NCBI GenBank assembly: GCA_965223415.1
Contig: OZ245002.1
Coordinates: forward strand, 2,592,001-2,656,000
Direction: 5' to 3'
Origin: Myxococcota bacterium
Lineage (GTDB): Bacteria > Myxococcota_A > UBA9160 > UBA6930
DNA length: 64,000 nucleotides
In this document: positions 18,334 to 27,735 of the stretch, in pieces
Position numbering within the stretch: the first letter of the stretch is position 1
Layout of the letters: each line of letters starts with the position of its first letter
Made by a program: the position numbers and the translations under genes
Notes under the pieces: model-generated
The model's database searches: none
What the model saw: only the letters and a program-made list of their open reading frames with translations
Told to the model about the DNA's origin: nothing

Positions 18334-18403
18334 GAAACGGGGCCAGAGTTAAGAATTCAGTTCCCCTTGGGGAACTGAATTCTTAACTCTGGCCCCGTTT
18401 CTT
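18332..18403. repeat. Perfect 72-bp palindrome (35-bp arms, TT spacer)
   Basis: AAGAAACGGGGCCAGAGTTAAGAATTCAGTTCCCC-TT-exact reverse complement, between convergent genes. Confidence 0.95.
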
Positions 18404-19413
18404 CAGCGGACGGAGGCGAGGACCTCGGTGCGGGCGGAGTCGAAGATCCGGGTGATCTTCGGCGAGGCGTCCGGGCCGAGGACGATCTCGGGTTCGGCGC
18501 GAAGCGCGGCGCGGAACGACGCGTGACCGTCCGACGGGCGGTCGAGGGCAATGTGCGCGATGCCCCGCAGTAGCTCGGCGCGGGCGATGCGCGGGCCGGA
18601 GTCGTCGCGGACCCAGAGATCGCCGAGCAGGACGAGGCCCAGGTCCGCCATGTCGATGGCCTCCTCGAAGCGGGCGCCGTCCAGGTAGTCGTCGCCCTGG
18701 CCGAGGATGGCGTCGATGGCGGTGTAGGGAGACGCGTCCGAGATCGCTTCCGGCGGGGCCGGAACCGGGGACGGCGGCTCGCAGGCGAGGGTTTCCGGCT
18801 TCGCGGGGGGCGGCGCCGCCTCACAGGCGCAGCTGGACGACGCAGGCTCGGGCTCGGGCAGCCGCGACGCCCCGGGCACCCGCAGCAGGCGGCCGACCAC
18901 CAGGCGCTCCGGATCCTCCAGATCGTTCTCCGCCGCCAGCTCGGCGATCGGGACTTCGTAGCGGCGGGCGATCCGCCAGAGCGTCTCGCCTCGCTCCACT
19001 TCGTGGATGCGGGAGGCCTCGAAGGTCGCCGTCGGTAGCAGGGACGGAGTCGACCGCGGCGCCGCCGCCACGTCCGGCCGCGCCGGCTCCGTTTCCACTT
19101 CCACCTCCGCCGGCAAGGCCGCGACGACGAGCTCGCTCCCGACCGGTAGCTGGCGCACATCGCGAATGCCGTTCAGCATGACCAGCTCGCGAACCGTGAG
19201 GTCGTAGCGGCGAGCGATGGACCACACGGTCTCCCCGGACGCCACCACGTGGACGGAGGGGGGCGGTGCCTCCACTTCGAGCAGCGGCCCCTCCTCCTCC
19301 AGGGCCGACAGGGGCTCCTGGGCGAGGTCTTGGGTCAGGTGCGCACAGCCGAGCAGGAATCCGCTCGCCAGGGGCAGGACGAGCAGGCGAGAGCTACGAG
19401 AGAGGATGGACAC
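18403..19413 (-). CDS. LysM-domain lipoprotein
   Basis: Lipobox LLGC; two LysM repeats (HVVASGETVWSIARRY, HEVERGETLWRIARRY); helical C-terminus. Confidence 0.85.
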   Translation of the reverse strand: MSILSRSSRLLVLPLASGFLLGCAHLTQDLAQEPLSALEEEGPLLEVEAPPPSVHVVASGETVWSIARRYDLTVRELVMLNGIRDVRQLPVGSELVVAALPAEVEVETEPARPDVAAAPRSTPSLLPTATFEASRIHEVERGETLWRIARRYEVPIAELAAENDLEDPERLVVGRLLRVPGASRLPEPEPASSSCACEAAPPPAKPETLACEPPSPVPAPPEAISDASPYTAIDAILGQGDDYLDGARFEEAIDMADLGLVLLGDLWVRDDSGPRIARAELLRGIAHIALDRPSDGHASFRAALRAEPEIVLGPDASPKITRIFDSARTEVLASVR

Positions 19414-19499
19414 GCCGAGGCCTCCGGGGGGCGGAGCGATGGGGGGCGTGTCTTCCTGAGCTTGCCCAGCGGCGGGCCCGGGCGCAAGGCCGCGTCCGG

Positions 19500-19943
19500 C
19501 TAGGAGTCGCGCTCCCGCTTCTGGCAGTCCGGGCAGTGCCCGTAGAGCTCGTGCCGATGCCGGAGCAGCCGGAAGCCGTAGCGCTTCACGATCTCGTCCT
19601 GGGCCTGCTCGATCATCTGGCACTCGAACTCGACGATCTTCCCGCAGCGTACGCACACGAGGTGGTCGTGGTGCTCGTGCTCGATCTCGTAGCGGGTGAT
19701 GCCGTCATCGAAGTGCCGCTCGTTGGCGAGGCCCGCATCGCACAGGAGCTTCATCGTCCGGTACACGGTGGTGTAGCCGATGCTCGGGTGGGCCTCGCGC
19801 ACGCGCTGGTAGAGCTCGTCCCCGGTGATGTGCCCCTTCACGTCCAGGAACACCTCGAGGATCGCCTCGCGCTGCTTGGTGTGCTTGAGGTTGTGGTCCT
19901 CGAGGTAGGAGGCGAGCGCCTTCTGCTCCAGCTCGTGGGCCAC
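19500..19943 (-). CDS. fur: Fur-family metal-responsive regulator
   Basis: TKQREAILEVF, TTVYRTMKLL, HHDHLVCVRCG and CPDC motifs. Confidence 0.88.
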   Translation of the reverse strand: MAHELEQKALASYLEDHNLKHTKQREAILEVFLDVKGHITGDELYQRVREAHPSIGYTTVYRTMKLLCDAGLANERHFDDGITRYEIEHEHHDHLVCVRCGKIVEFECQMIEQAQDEIVKRYGFRLLRHRHELYGHCPDCQKRERDS

Positions 19944-19946
19944 GTT

Positions 19947-20318
19947 TCAGGGCTCCGCGGCCAGGGGCGACGAGCTGGGCGCGCCGCGCAGGGCGCGCAG
20001 GTTGCGCTGGGCCGGCTCGTGGGAGCAATCCAGCGCCACCGCCCGCTCGAAGGCGCGCTCGGCGTCGGCGGTGCGGCCGGCCGCCAGGTAGGCCACGCCC
20101 AGGTTGTTGTGGGCGGGGGCGGCCTCGGGGACGCGGGTCACCGCCTCCTCGAAGCGGACGATGGCCGTGGCCACGTCGCCCCGATCGAGGGCCTGGTTGC
20201 CGCTCCGGACGAGCCGCGCGCCCTCCAGGGACGCGCAGCCAAAGGCCGCGGCGGCCGCGAAGACCGCCAGCAGCGACGCCATGGGCCGACCCGCGAGCAT
20301 CGCGAGGAGATAGCGCAT
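19947..20318 (-). CDS. TPR lipoprotein
   Basis: AFGC lipobox-like sequence; AHNNLGVAY TPR. Confidence 0.7.
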   Translation of the reverse strand: MRYLLAMLAGRPMASLLAVFAAAAAFGCASLEGARLVRSGNQALDRGDVATAIVRFEEAVTRVPEAAPAHNNLGVAYLAAGRTADAERAFERAVALDCSHEPAQRNLRALRGAPSSSPLAAEP

Positions 20319-20348
20319 GACTGCTACGGCGTCGCGGAGACCCGGCTC

Positions 20349-21004
20349 TCAGAGGTGCTCGGCGAGGAACGCCGCTTCCAGCGCCGCGACCTTCTCGAAC
20401 AGGCACCGCGGTAGGGATCGAAGTGGCCGCCTTCGACGACTACCATCCGCGCGTGGGGGGGGCCGTCGCGGCCGCCTCTGCGACCGATGCCAGGGGAACC
20501 AGGGTGTCGGAGCGCGCGGGAACCAGCAGGAGCGGACACGCGACCCCGGCCGCCCGTTCACCGGGAGCGTAGTCAGCCAGGGCGAAGATCACGCCGGCCG
20601 GCACTTCGTTGGTCCACCCGCTGCCTTCCGGCGCGACCTCGCGAAACGCCTCCCAGCTGCCGGGGGGCGTTGATGACAGCGAACTCGTCGGGACGCCCGA
20701 CGATCGGGATGCGAAGCGGATCCCCGCCCAACGCCTGGCGGAGCCCGTCGGACGGCGCCGACCACAGCGCCTCGGCGATCCACGCCAGACCGGGAGGTGC
20801 CGCGGGCTCGCCGCCCAGGAAGGGCACCTGCGCGACGACGGCGCGGATGTCCGTCCGCTCGGCCGCGAACTGGACGACATGGCCGCCGCCCAACGACGTG
20901 CCCCACAGACCGAGACGCCGGCCGTCCACCTCCGCCTGCTCGCAAAGCCAGCGGAGGGCGGAGCGGTAGTCCGCGATCTGCTCGATCGGCGAGCTCCTGG
21001 TCGG
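20349..21004 (-). pseudogene. 5'-truncated, frameshifted alpha/beta hydrolase
   Basis: EQIADYRSAL..GLWGTSLGGG, PLLLV..D and GHFDPY motifs spread over changing frames; in-frame stop immediately upstream and no N-terminal domain. Confidence 0.8.
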
Positions 21005-21019
21005 CTACCTCGAGGGACG

Positions 21020-21949
21020 CTAGGCGGGCCTCGGATCCTCGTCGATTCGCAGCCGTGCGAGCACCGGCAGGTGGTCGGAGGCCTTGCGAGCCGCGGCGCT
21101 CTCGTGGGCCTCGACCCCCTGGATGCGGGCGCCCCGGGCGTAGACGCGGTCGAGGGCCAGAACCGGGCGTGCCGCGGGGAAGGTGCGGGGCCAGGTCATC
21201 TCTTCGTCGCCGACGAGCTCGCGCTCGAGGGTGCGGGTGGCCTTGCAGTTGCGCCAGGCGTTCATGTCGCCGAGCAGGATCACGGCGCCCTGCAGGCGCG
21301 GGTTCTCGAGGATGCTCGATACCTGCCGGCGTCGGGTGCGGTCGACGAGCGCAAGGTGGGTCGCGACGACCGCCACCGGTCCTTCGCTGCTCGCGAACTC
21401 CACGGCGACGGCGGAGCGCTTCTCGACCCGCGAGAACGAGAGATCGAGAGAGAACACGCTGGTGATCGGCCAGCGGGAGAGGATGGCGTTGCCGATCTCG
21501 CCGCGGCGGTGGACGCGGGTGGCCACGAAGGCCAGGTGCAGGTGCAGGGCGTCGGCCAGCCGCTCGAGGGGATCGGCGCCGCCGTCGAAGGGGCGCAGCA
21601 CCTCCTGGAGACCGATCACGTCGGCCTCCAGCTCGGAGATGACGAAGCCGGCCCGGGCCGGATCCGGCGCACGGGTGCCGTTCAGCCCCGCCCAGCGGTG
21701 CACGTTGTAGGTCGCGACGGTCAGGTCGCGGCCCATCGTCCCGCCCTGGGGAAGGCTGGGCGCACGGACCGCCGCCAGATAGGGAATGGCGGAGCTCAGC
21801 GCGTCCTTCCGCTCGGCGGCGGCTTCCCTGCGGGCGAGCCGCTCGGCCCGGCTGCGCCGCGGGCGGCGGGCCGGCTCCTCGTCCAGCTCGAAGGCGGGCT
21901 CCTTCTCGGTCATGTCCATGGTCATCGGTCGGCGGTGTCCCCCGGTCAA
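21020..21949 (-). CDS. Endonuclease/exonuclease/phosphatase-family protein
   Basis: VATYNVH, GLQEV, GNAILSR, ATHL, GDMN, LDR and SDHLP motifs; exact start uncertain. Confidence 0.9.
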   Translation of the reverse strand: MTGGHRRPMTMDMTEKEPAFELDEEPARRPRRSRAERLARREAAAERKDALSSAIPYLAAVRAPSLPQGGTMGRDLTVATYNVHRWAGLNGTRAPDPARAGFVISELEADVIGLQEVLRPFDGGADPLERLADALHLHLAFVATRVHRRGEIGNAILSRWPITSVFSLDLSFSRVEKRSAVAVEFASSEGPVAVVATHLALVDRTRRRQVSSILENPRLQGAVILLGDMNAWRNCKATRTLERELVGDEEMTWPRTFPAARPVLALDRVYARGARIQGVEAHESAAARKASDHLPVLARLRIDEDPRPA

Positions 21950-22104
21950 CCAGCTCGAATCGGCCGCGGGAATCTAGCGAACGAGGATCCCGTGAGGTGA
22001 AACACACTCGGCAAGACGCTCGCAGCCGCAGGTTCCCGGGCGGGAGCTGCGCACGAATGCGCAGAGCCCAAGGCCGCTCGGCCGGCTGCCGATAGATTCG
22101 GATC

Positions 22105-23484
22105 ATGGCCCGACGCTCCCGAAGCGCCCTCGATTCGCTGGCCGGTGCACCGGCGGTCCGCAAGGCCGCGGCAGCCCTGCTGGACGCGGTCGCGGAGGAG
22201 GCCTCCAGCCGCGTGCTGACACCGAAGGCCTACGCCCGCGCGGTCCGCCAGCTCGTGCGGCTGCGGGGGCGCCCGCTGGGGATGCCCATGCTCCAGGCGG
22301 GCGTGGGCCAGGGCGCCCGGATGCGCATGGCCGACGGCACCACCCTGCTCGACTTCATCGGCGGGATCGGCGTCTACGCCTTCGGCCACAGCGACCGGGA
22401 CCTGCTCGAAACCGCCGTCGCCGCCGCCGCCGTGGACACGGTCTTCCAGGGGCACCTGGTGCCGGGTGTCGAGAACCTGCGTCTCTCGAAGCTGCTCGTG
22501 AAGCACGCCGGCCCGAAGCTCACCCACGCCTGGCTCTCGGTCTCGGGTGCAATGGCCAACGAGAACGCGCTGAAGATGATCCTGCAGAAGCACAGCCCCG
22601 CGGATCGGATCATCGTGTTCGAGAACGCCTTCGCCGGGCGCACCCTGGCGATGGCGGAGCTCACCGACAAGCCGGGCTTCCGCGAGGGTCTGCCCCTGCG
22701 CGGCAACGTCCTGCACGTCCCCTTCTTCGATCCGAATCAGCCGGACCCGATCCGCCACAGCCTGGACGTGCTCGAGACGCACCTGGGCCGCCACCCGGGA
22801 CGCATCGCCGCGATGATGTTCGAGCTGGTGCAGGGCGAGGGCGGCTTCAACACCGCACCGCCCGAGTTCTTCCGTGCGCTGATGGAACGCTGCCGCGAGG
22901 CCGGCCTCGCCGTCTGGGTCGACGAGGTGCAGACCTTCGCGCGCACCGGCGAGCTCTTCGCGTTCCGGACCTTCGGGCTCGAGGAGCTGGTCGACCTGGT
23001 CACCCTCGGCAAGGTGCTGCAGGGCAGCGCCGTACTCTTCCGCCACCGTTACAACCCGCGGCCCGGTCTCGTCTCCGGCACCTACGCGGGCTCGACGGTC
23101 GGCATGGCGGTCGGCGCGCGCATCATCGAGCGCCTCGAAGAAGAAGCCTATCTGGGTCCGGAAGGGCGCATCAACGTGCTCGCGGGCCGCGTCGAGCGCC
23201 GCTTCGAGTCCCTCGAGAAGCGCATGCCCCGCGCGGTGGGCCCGCGCAGCGGCATCGGCGCCATGCAAGCCTTCGTCCCCTGGAACGGGAACCCGGAGGT
23301 GGTGGGCGCCGTCCTACAGAAGTGCTTCGAAGAGGGCCTCCTCGTCTTCGGCGCCGGCCGAAGCCCGATGAAGGTGCGCATGTTGCTTCCCGTCAACACC
23401 ACCGACGAGGAGCTCGAACAGGGCTTCGCGATCCTCGAGAAGGTGCTGGGCGCCGTCGCGGAGGAACGAGGGCTCCCGTGCTGA
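22105..23484 (+). CDS. Class III PLP aminotransferase (AstC/ArgD-like, probable succinylornithine aminotransferase)
   Basis: SGAMANENALK, FAGRT, ELVQGEGG, DEVQT, TLGK; first gene of the astA-astD operon. Confidence 0.85.
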   Translation: MARRSRSALDSLAGAPAVRKAAAALLDAVAEEASSRVLTPKAYARAVRQLVRLRGRPLGMPMLQAGVGQGARMRMADGTTLLDFIGGIGVYAFGHSDRDLLETAVAAAAVDTVFQGHLVPGVENLRLSKLLVKHAGPKLTHAWLSVSGAMANENALKMILQKHSPADRIIVFENAFAGRTLAMAELTDKPGFREGLPLRGNVLHVPFFDPNQPDPIRHSLDVLETHLGRHPGRIAAMMFELVQGEGGFNTAPPEFFRALMERCREAGLAVWVDEVQTFARTGELFAFRTFGLEELVDLVTLGKVLQGSAVLFRHRYNPRPGLVSGTYAGSTVGMAVGARIIERLEEEAYLGPEGRINVLAGRVERRFESLEKRMPRAVGPRSGIGAMQAFVPWNGNPEVVGAVLQKCFEEGLLVFGAGRSPMKVRMLLPVNTTDEELEQGFAILEKVLGAVAEERGLPC

Positions 23485-24512
23485 CCCTGCGCCCGGTGGC
23501 CTCCGGGGACCTCGACGATCTGGTCGAGCTGGCGGGCCTCCTGGACTCGATGAACCTGCCGCGGGATCCGGACTTTCTGGCCGGCCGTATCGCGCTCTCG
23601 GAGCGCTCCTTCGCGGGCGCGTTGGACGACCCGGCGGAGGCTGTCTACCAGTTCGTGCTGCACGACGCCGCGGCGGCGCCCCGCGGAAGGGTTGTGGGCA
23701 CGTCCCTGATCCTGGCCAAGCACGGACGCTCCGGCCATCCCTACTACTGGCTCGAGGTCTCGACGGAGGAGCGACGCAGCAACGAGCTCGGCGCCCGCTT
23801 CGTGCACCAGAAGCTCCAGCTCCGCTCGACGGAGGACGGGCCCACCGAAATCGGCGGCCTGATCCTCGATCCCGCCTATCGCGGCCACCCGGAGCGCTGC
23901 GGCAAGGCGCTCTCGATCGTGCGCTTCGCCTGGATCGGCGCCCACCGCGAGCGCTTCCAGCGCGAGGTGATCGCCGAGATGCTCTCTCCCTTCGAGGCTC
24001 CCGGGCAGAACCTCCTGTGGGACGCCTTCGGCGCGAAGTTCACCGGCGTGCCGTATCGGGAGGCCGATCACCTCTCGGCGCGCTCGAAGCAGTTCATCGC
24101 CGATCTCTTTCCGCGCGATCCGGTCTACGCAACGCTCTTCCCGGACGAGGTGCAGAAGGTGATCGGGCAGCCGAACGAGACCGCCAAGGCCGCAGTGCGC
24201 ATCCTCGAAGCGGTCGGCTTCCATCCGCTCAACCAGGTCGATCCCTTCGACGGCGGCCCGTACTACGGCGCGGCGCGGGACGCGATCGTGTCGGTGCGCG
24301 AGCGACGCGAGCTGGTGCTGCCCGGCGTGCCCGCCCGGCGCGAGGCTCCCGAGGATGCGACCCAGGCGCTGCTCTCGACCGAGGCCGGCGGAGGCTTCCG
24401 TGCGACGGTCGTGCCCCTCGACGCGGAGGAGGCACCGATCGTCTCGGAGGCCTGCCGGGAGGCCCTCGGCCTGACCCCCGGCGACCGCGTGAGCGTGACG
24501 CCGCTGCCGTGA
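23478..24512 (+). CDS. astA: Arginine N-succinyltransferase
   Basis: LRPV..DL, NLP, GPTEIGGLILDPAYR, VIAEM and VDPFDGGP motifs. Confidence 0.9.
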   Translation: MLTLRPVASGDLDDLVELAGLLDSMNLPRDPDFLAGRIALSERSFAGALDDPAEAVYQFVLHDAAAAPRGRVVGTSLILAKHGRSGHPYYWLEVSTEERRSNELGARFVHQKLQLRSTEDGPTEIGGLILDPAYRGHPERCGKALSIVRFAWIGAHRERFQREVIAEMLSPFEAPGQNLLWDAFGAKFTGVPYREADHLSARSKQFIADLFPRDPVYATLFPDEVQKVIGQPNETAKAAVRILEAVGFHPLNQVDPFDGGPYYGAARDAIVSVRERRELVLPGVPARREAPEDATQALLSTEAGGGFRATVVPLDAEEAPIVSEACREALGLTPGDRVSVTPLP

Positions 24513-25930
24513 CCGATCTCCTCCGCAGCGTGTCGCCGGCGGATCCCGCCGACGAGATCGGCAGCTTCGCCGTGTGGGACGCCGACGCCGTCGCCGAGGC
24601 CGTCGGCCGCGCCCGCGGGGCCTTCCCGCGCTGGCGCGACGCTGGCTTCGACGCGCGCGCGGGCGTGCTGCGGCGCTTCCGCGATCTCACGGCCGCTCGC
24701 AAGGAAGGGCTCGCCCAGCTGATCGCCCGTGAGATGGGCAAGGCGCTGTGGGACGCGCGGGGCGAGGCGGCGCTGCTCCCCGCCAAGGTCGACGTGACCC
24801 TCGAACACGGCATGACCTACGCGGAGACCCTGGCGGCCGGCCCCAAGGCCCGCGCCACCTTCCACCCGCGCGGCGTGCTGGCGGTGCTCGGCCCCTTCAA
24901 CTTTCCCGCCCACCTGCCCAACGGCCACATCGTGCCCGCCCTCGCGACGGGCAACAGCGTCGTGTTCAAGCCCAGCGATCTCACGCCCGCGGTCGGCGAG
25001 TGGATGCAGCGTGCCTGGCGCGACGCCGGTCTTCCGGACGGCGTGTTCGAGCTCGTGCAGGGGGGCGCCGAGACGGGCCAGGCCCTGGCGCTCCACGAGG
25101 ACGTGGACGGCGTGCTCTTCACGGGCTCCTACGCCGTGGGCCGCGCGCTCCGCGAAGCGACCCTCGACCAGCCGGGCAAGCTGCTCGCCCTCGAGATGGG
25201 CGGCAAGAACGCCATGATCGTGTGCGAGGACGCGGACCTCGAGCTCGCCGCGGCCGAGGCGGCCCTCTCCATCGCCGCCACGACCGGGCAGCGTTGCTCG
25301 TGCCTCTCGCGTCTCTTCGTACATCGGAACGTGGTGGACGAGCTGCAGGCGCGGCTGACCTCGACCCTCGCCGGCCTCGCGATCGGTCCGCCCCTCGAGG
25401 AGGGCGTGTTCATGGGCCCCCTCGTCTCCCGTGCGGCCTTCGACCGGGTCCAGCACATGCGCGTCCAGGCCGAGGCCGCCGGCGGCGAGCGCATCTTCCG
25501 CGGCGACATCGATCGCATCGCGCCCTACGTGGCGCCGGGCCTGGTGCGCTTCGCAGGCACCGAGCAGAGCCATCGCTACCAGCGGGAGGAGCTCTTCGGT
25601 CCGGAAGCCGCGATCTACCCCATCGACGATCTCGACCACGGCATCCTCGCCACCAACGACAGTGACTACGGTCTTGCCGCTTCGGTGATGACCCGCGACC
25701 GCCGCCGCTACGAGCACTGCGTCGGCCGCGTGCGCACCGGCATCCTCAACTGGAACAAGGGCACCATCGGCGCCAGCGGACGCCTCCCCTTCGGCGGCGG
25801 CGGCAAGAGCGGCAACGACCGCCCTGCCGGCATCCTGGCCACCGTCTACTGCACGGTTCCCCAATCCCATCTCGAGTCCGACGCCGCACTCGACCCCGAG
25901 GCGCTGCCGCCCGGCTTCCCGCGCCCGTGA
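24509..25930 (+). CDS. astD: Succinylglutamate-semialdehyde dehydrogenase
   Basis: GPFNFPAHLPNGHIVPAL, FTGS, LEMGGKN, GQRC, EELFGP, PFGG..SGN. Confidence 0.88.
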   Translation: MTDLLRSVSPADPADEIGSFAVWDADAVAEAVGRARGAFPRWRDAGFDARAGVLRRFRDLTAARKEGLAQLIAREMGKALWDARGEAALLPAKVDVTLEHGMTYAETLAAGPKARATFHPRGVLAVLGPFNFPAHLPNGHIVPALATGNSVVFKPSDLTPAVGEWMQRAWRDAGLPDGVFELVQGGAETGQALALHEDVDGVLFTGSYAVGRALREATLDQPGKLLALEMGGKNAMIVCEDADLELAAAEAALSIAATTGQRCSCLSRLFVHRNVVDELQARLTSTLAGLAIGPPLEEGVFMGPLVSRAAFDRVQHMRVQAEAAGGERIFRGDIDRIAPYVAPGLVRFAGTEQSHRYQREELFGPEAAIYPIDDLDHGILATNDSDYGLAASVMTRDRRRYEHCVGRVRTGILNWNKGTIGASGRLPFGGGGKSGNDRPAGILATVYCTVPQSHLESDAALDPEALPPGFPRP

Positions 25931-26913
25931 GCACGCCGCGCTGGCAGCGCGCCGTCCTGATGGGCGACCCCGCCCATTTCAGCGTGCAAGGCGGCGCCAA
26001 CCCCCACACGCGGGATCGCTGGGGCCGCCGCCGCCAGGTCGACCGCTCCCGCGCGATCGTGCAGTGGCACCGCCTGCGCGACACCCTGCGCGATCTGGGT
26101 GTGCGCGTCCTCGTCGTCCCGCCGGACTCCGCCCAGCCCGGCCTCGTCTACCCCGCCAACGCCGGCTTCCAGACCGACGTGGACGCCGAGCTGCCGCTCT
26201 CCGAGAGGACTTTCTACCTCGCCAACCTCCTGCCCACCCGCGCCGGCGAGAAGCCCCACTACCGCCGCGTGCTCGAAGCGGCCGGCTTCCACCTCGGCGC
26301 GATCGACGAGCAGTACCGCATGGAGGGCGAGGCCGACTTCTTCCCCGCCGGCGGGCACTACCTGCTCACCTTCGGCGGCATCGAGAAGCAGCGCTTCGTC
26401 CCGACCCTGGCCTGGCCCCCGTGGAAACGCGTCTACGGCTTCCGCACCGACATCGGTGTGGCGCCCTTCCTGGAGAGCCTCGTCGCGCCGAAGCCCGTGC
26501 TGCACGTCGAGTTGAAGCTCGAGGCCCACTATCACGGAGACACGGCCCTGTGCGCCTTCGGCCCGAAGCGTGAGCTCCTGCTGGCCTACCGGGAAGGGAT
26601 CGCCGCGAAGGACTGGCCGTGGCTCGAGGAGGCCTTCGGCGACGACCTGATCCCGCTCCCGGTCGCGGACGCCGAACGCTATGCGGCGAACTCCTTCACC
26701 CTCACCCAGGGCGGCGAGTCCCACCTCGTCCTGCCGGGCGGCGTCTCCGACGCGCTGCTGGGGCAGATCCGCGAGCGGGGCGTGAACCCGATCACCGTGG
26801 ACGTCTCCGAGTTCCTCAAGAAGGGGGGCGGATCGGTGAAGTGCATGATCGGGGATCTGGGGCCGGTGCCGGCGGGCCACGATCTCGGATCGTCGGTGAT
26901 TTCGGGCGGGTAG
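25927..26913 (+). CDS. Amidinotransferase/arginine-dihydrolase-like guanidino-modifying enzyme
   Basis: NP, PGLVYPANAG, EGEAD, YHGDT, AAN and KGGGSVKC motifs; GTGA coupling to astD. Confidence 0.85.
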   Translation: MSTPRWQRAVLMGDPAHFSVQGGANPHTRDRWGRRRQVDRSRAIVQWHRLRDTLRDLGVRVLVVPPDSAQPGLVYPANAGFQTDVDAELPLSERTFYLANLLPTRAGEKPHYRRVLEAAGFHLGAIDEQYRMEGEADFFPAGGHYLLTFGGIEKQRFVPTLAWPPWKRVYGFRTDIGVAPFLESLVAPKPVLHVELKLEAHYHGDTALCAFGPKRELLLAYREGIAAKDWPWLEEAFGDDLIPLPVADAERYAANSFTLTQGGESHLVLPGGVSDALLGQIRERGVNPITVDVSEFLKKGGGSVKCMIGDLGPVPAGHDLGSSVISGG

Positions 26914-27267
26914 CGTCCCTTCCGCCTCGATCGGCTGGGCCACCTTTTCGGTCGGGGCCGTCGAGAGCGCATCCGCGTAGCCCCGGCTCTCGTGCCGGGG
27001 AGGAAGCCGCCGCTCGGATTCCCGAAGGCCAAGCGTCTGGGGCGGGATGGGCTCGACGTTCGGGCGGACCCGGGCGAGGAACCTCGCGGAGGCGCGCAGC
27101 TCGGCGAGGCCGGGAGGATGACGGGGAAGCCGCGCGATCCGAGGGACGCCATGGTCTCGAGCCGGGTGCCCTGGGACATCTGGTCGAGGCCGAACACCCG
27201 CGGCCCCCGTTCTCTCGGTTACCATCGAGATCCGGCCCCTGCCGCCGGGACCCCATCAGGAGGACCC

Positions 27268-27609
27268 ATGCGCGACCTGACCCTGCTCGCCCTCACCGTC
27301 GGTCTGCTCGTTGGCCCGGCACCCGTCCTCGCGGACGCCGCCTCTCCGAAGCCCCGCTCTGCCACCCCGGCCGCCAAGACCTCGCCGACAACGGTTGTTC
27401 CGGCGCCCAAGGCCAACGCAAGGAAGATCACGCCTGCCAGCGCTTCGACGGCCGTGAAGCCCGCTCAGGACAAGGAGAAGATCGAGGACGAGATCGACTT
27501 CAGCATCCAGGACACCCAGTCCACGTCCAGCGGGGAACAGAGACTCCGTGGATCTTTGCACAAGAAGCAGGAGGACACGGAGAACGCCACTCGCCAGAAG
27601 ATCAACTGA
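27268..27609 (+). CDS. Secreted hypothetical protein
   Basis: AGGAGG SD, signal peptide, Ala/Pro/Lys linker, helical C-terminus. Confidence 0.65.
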   Translation: MRDLTLLALTVGLLVGPAPVLADAASPKPRSATPAAKTSPTTVVPAPKANARKITPASASTAVKPAQDKEKIEDEIDFSIQDTQSTSSGEQRLRGSLHKKQEDTENATRQKIN

Positions 27610-27735
27610 GGTGGCCCCCGGGGGCGCCTCCTCCGACCTCGGGCCGGACGCGGAGGGCCGCTGGGATCTCGAGGGCCTGGACGTCGTCGGCTCAGCCCAG
27701 ACGGACGCGCCGGACCAGCCCTCTCGGGCGCGGCC

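Noticed and set aside
21950..22104. Possible c-di-GMP riboswitch upstream of the ast operon
   Set aside because: Lacks the GGCAAA/GAAA/GACGCAAA core; the downstream gene looks leaderless
26914..27267. Minus-strand VILPASPS stretch resembling UbiX, or a possible structured RNA
   Set aside because: Match too short, the rest lacks UbiX motifs, and no recognisable RNA family signature
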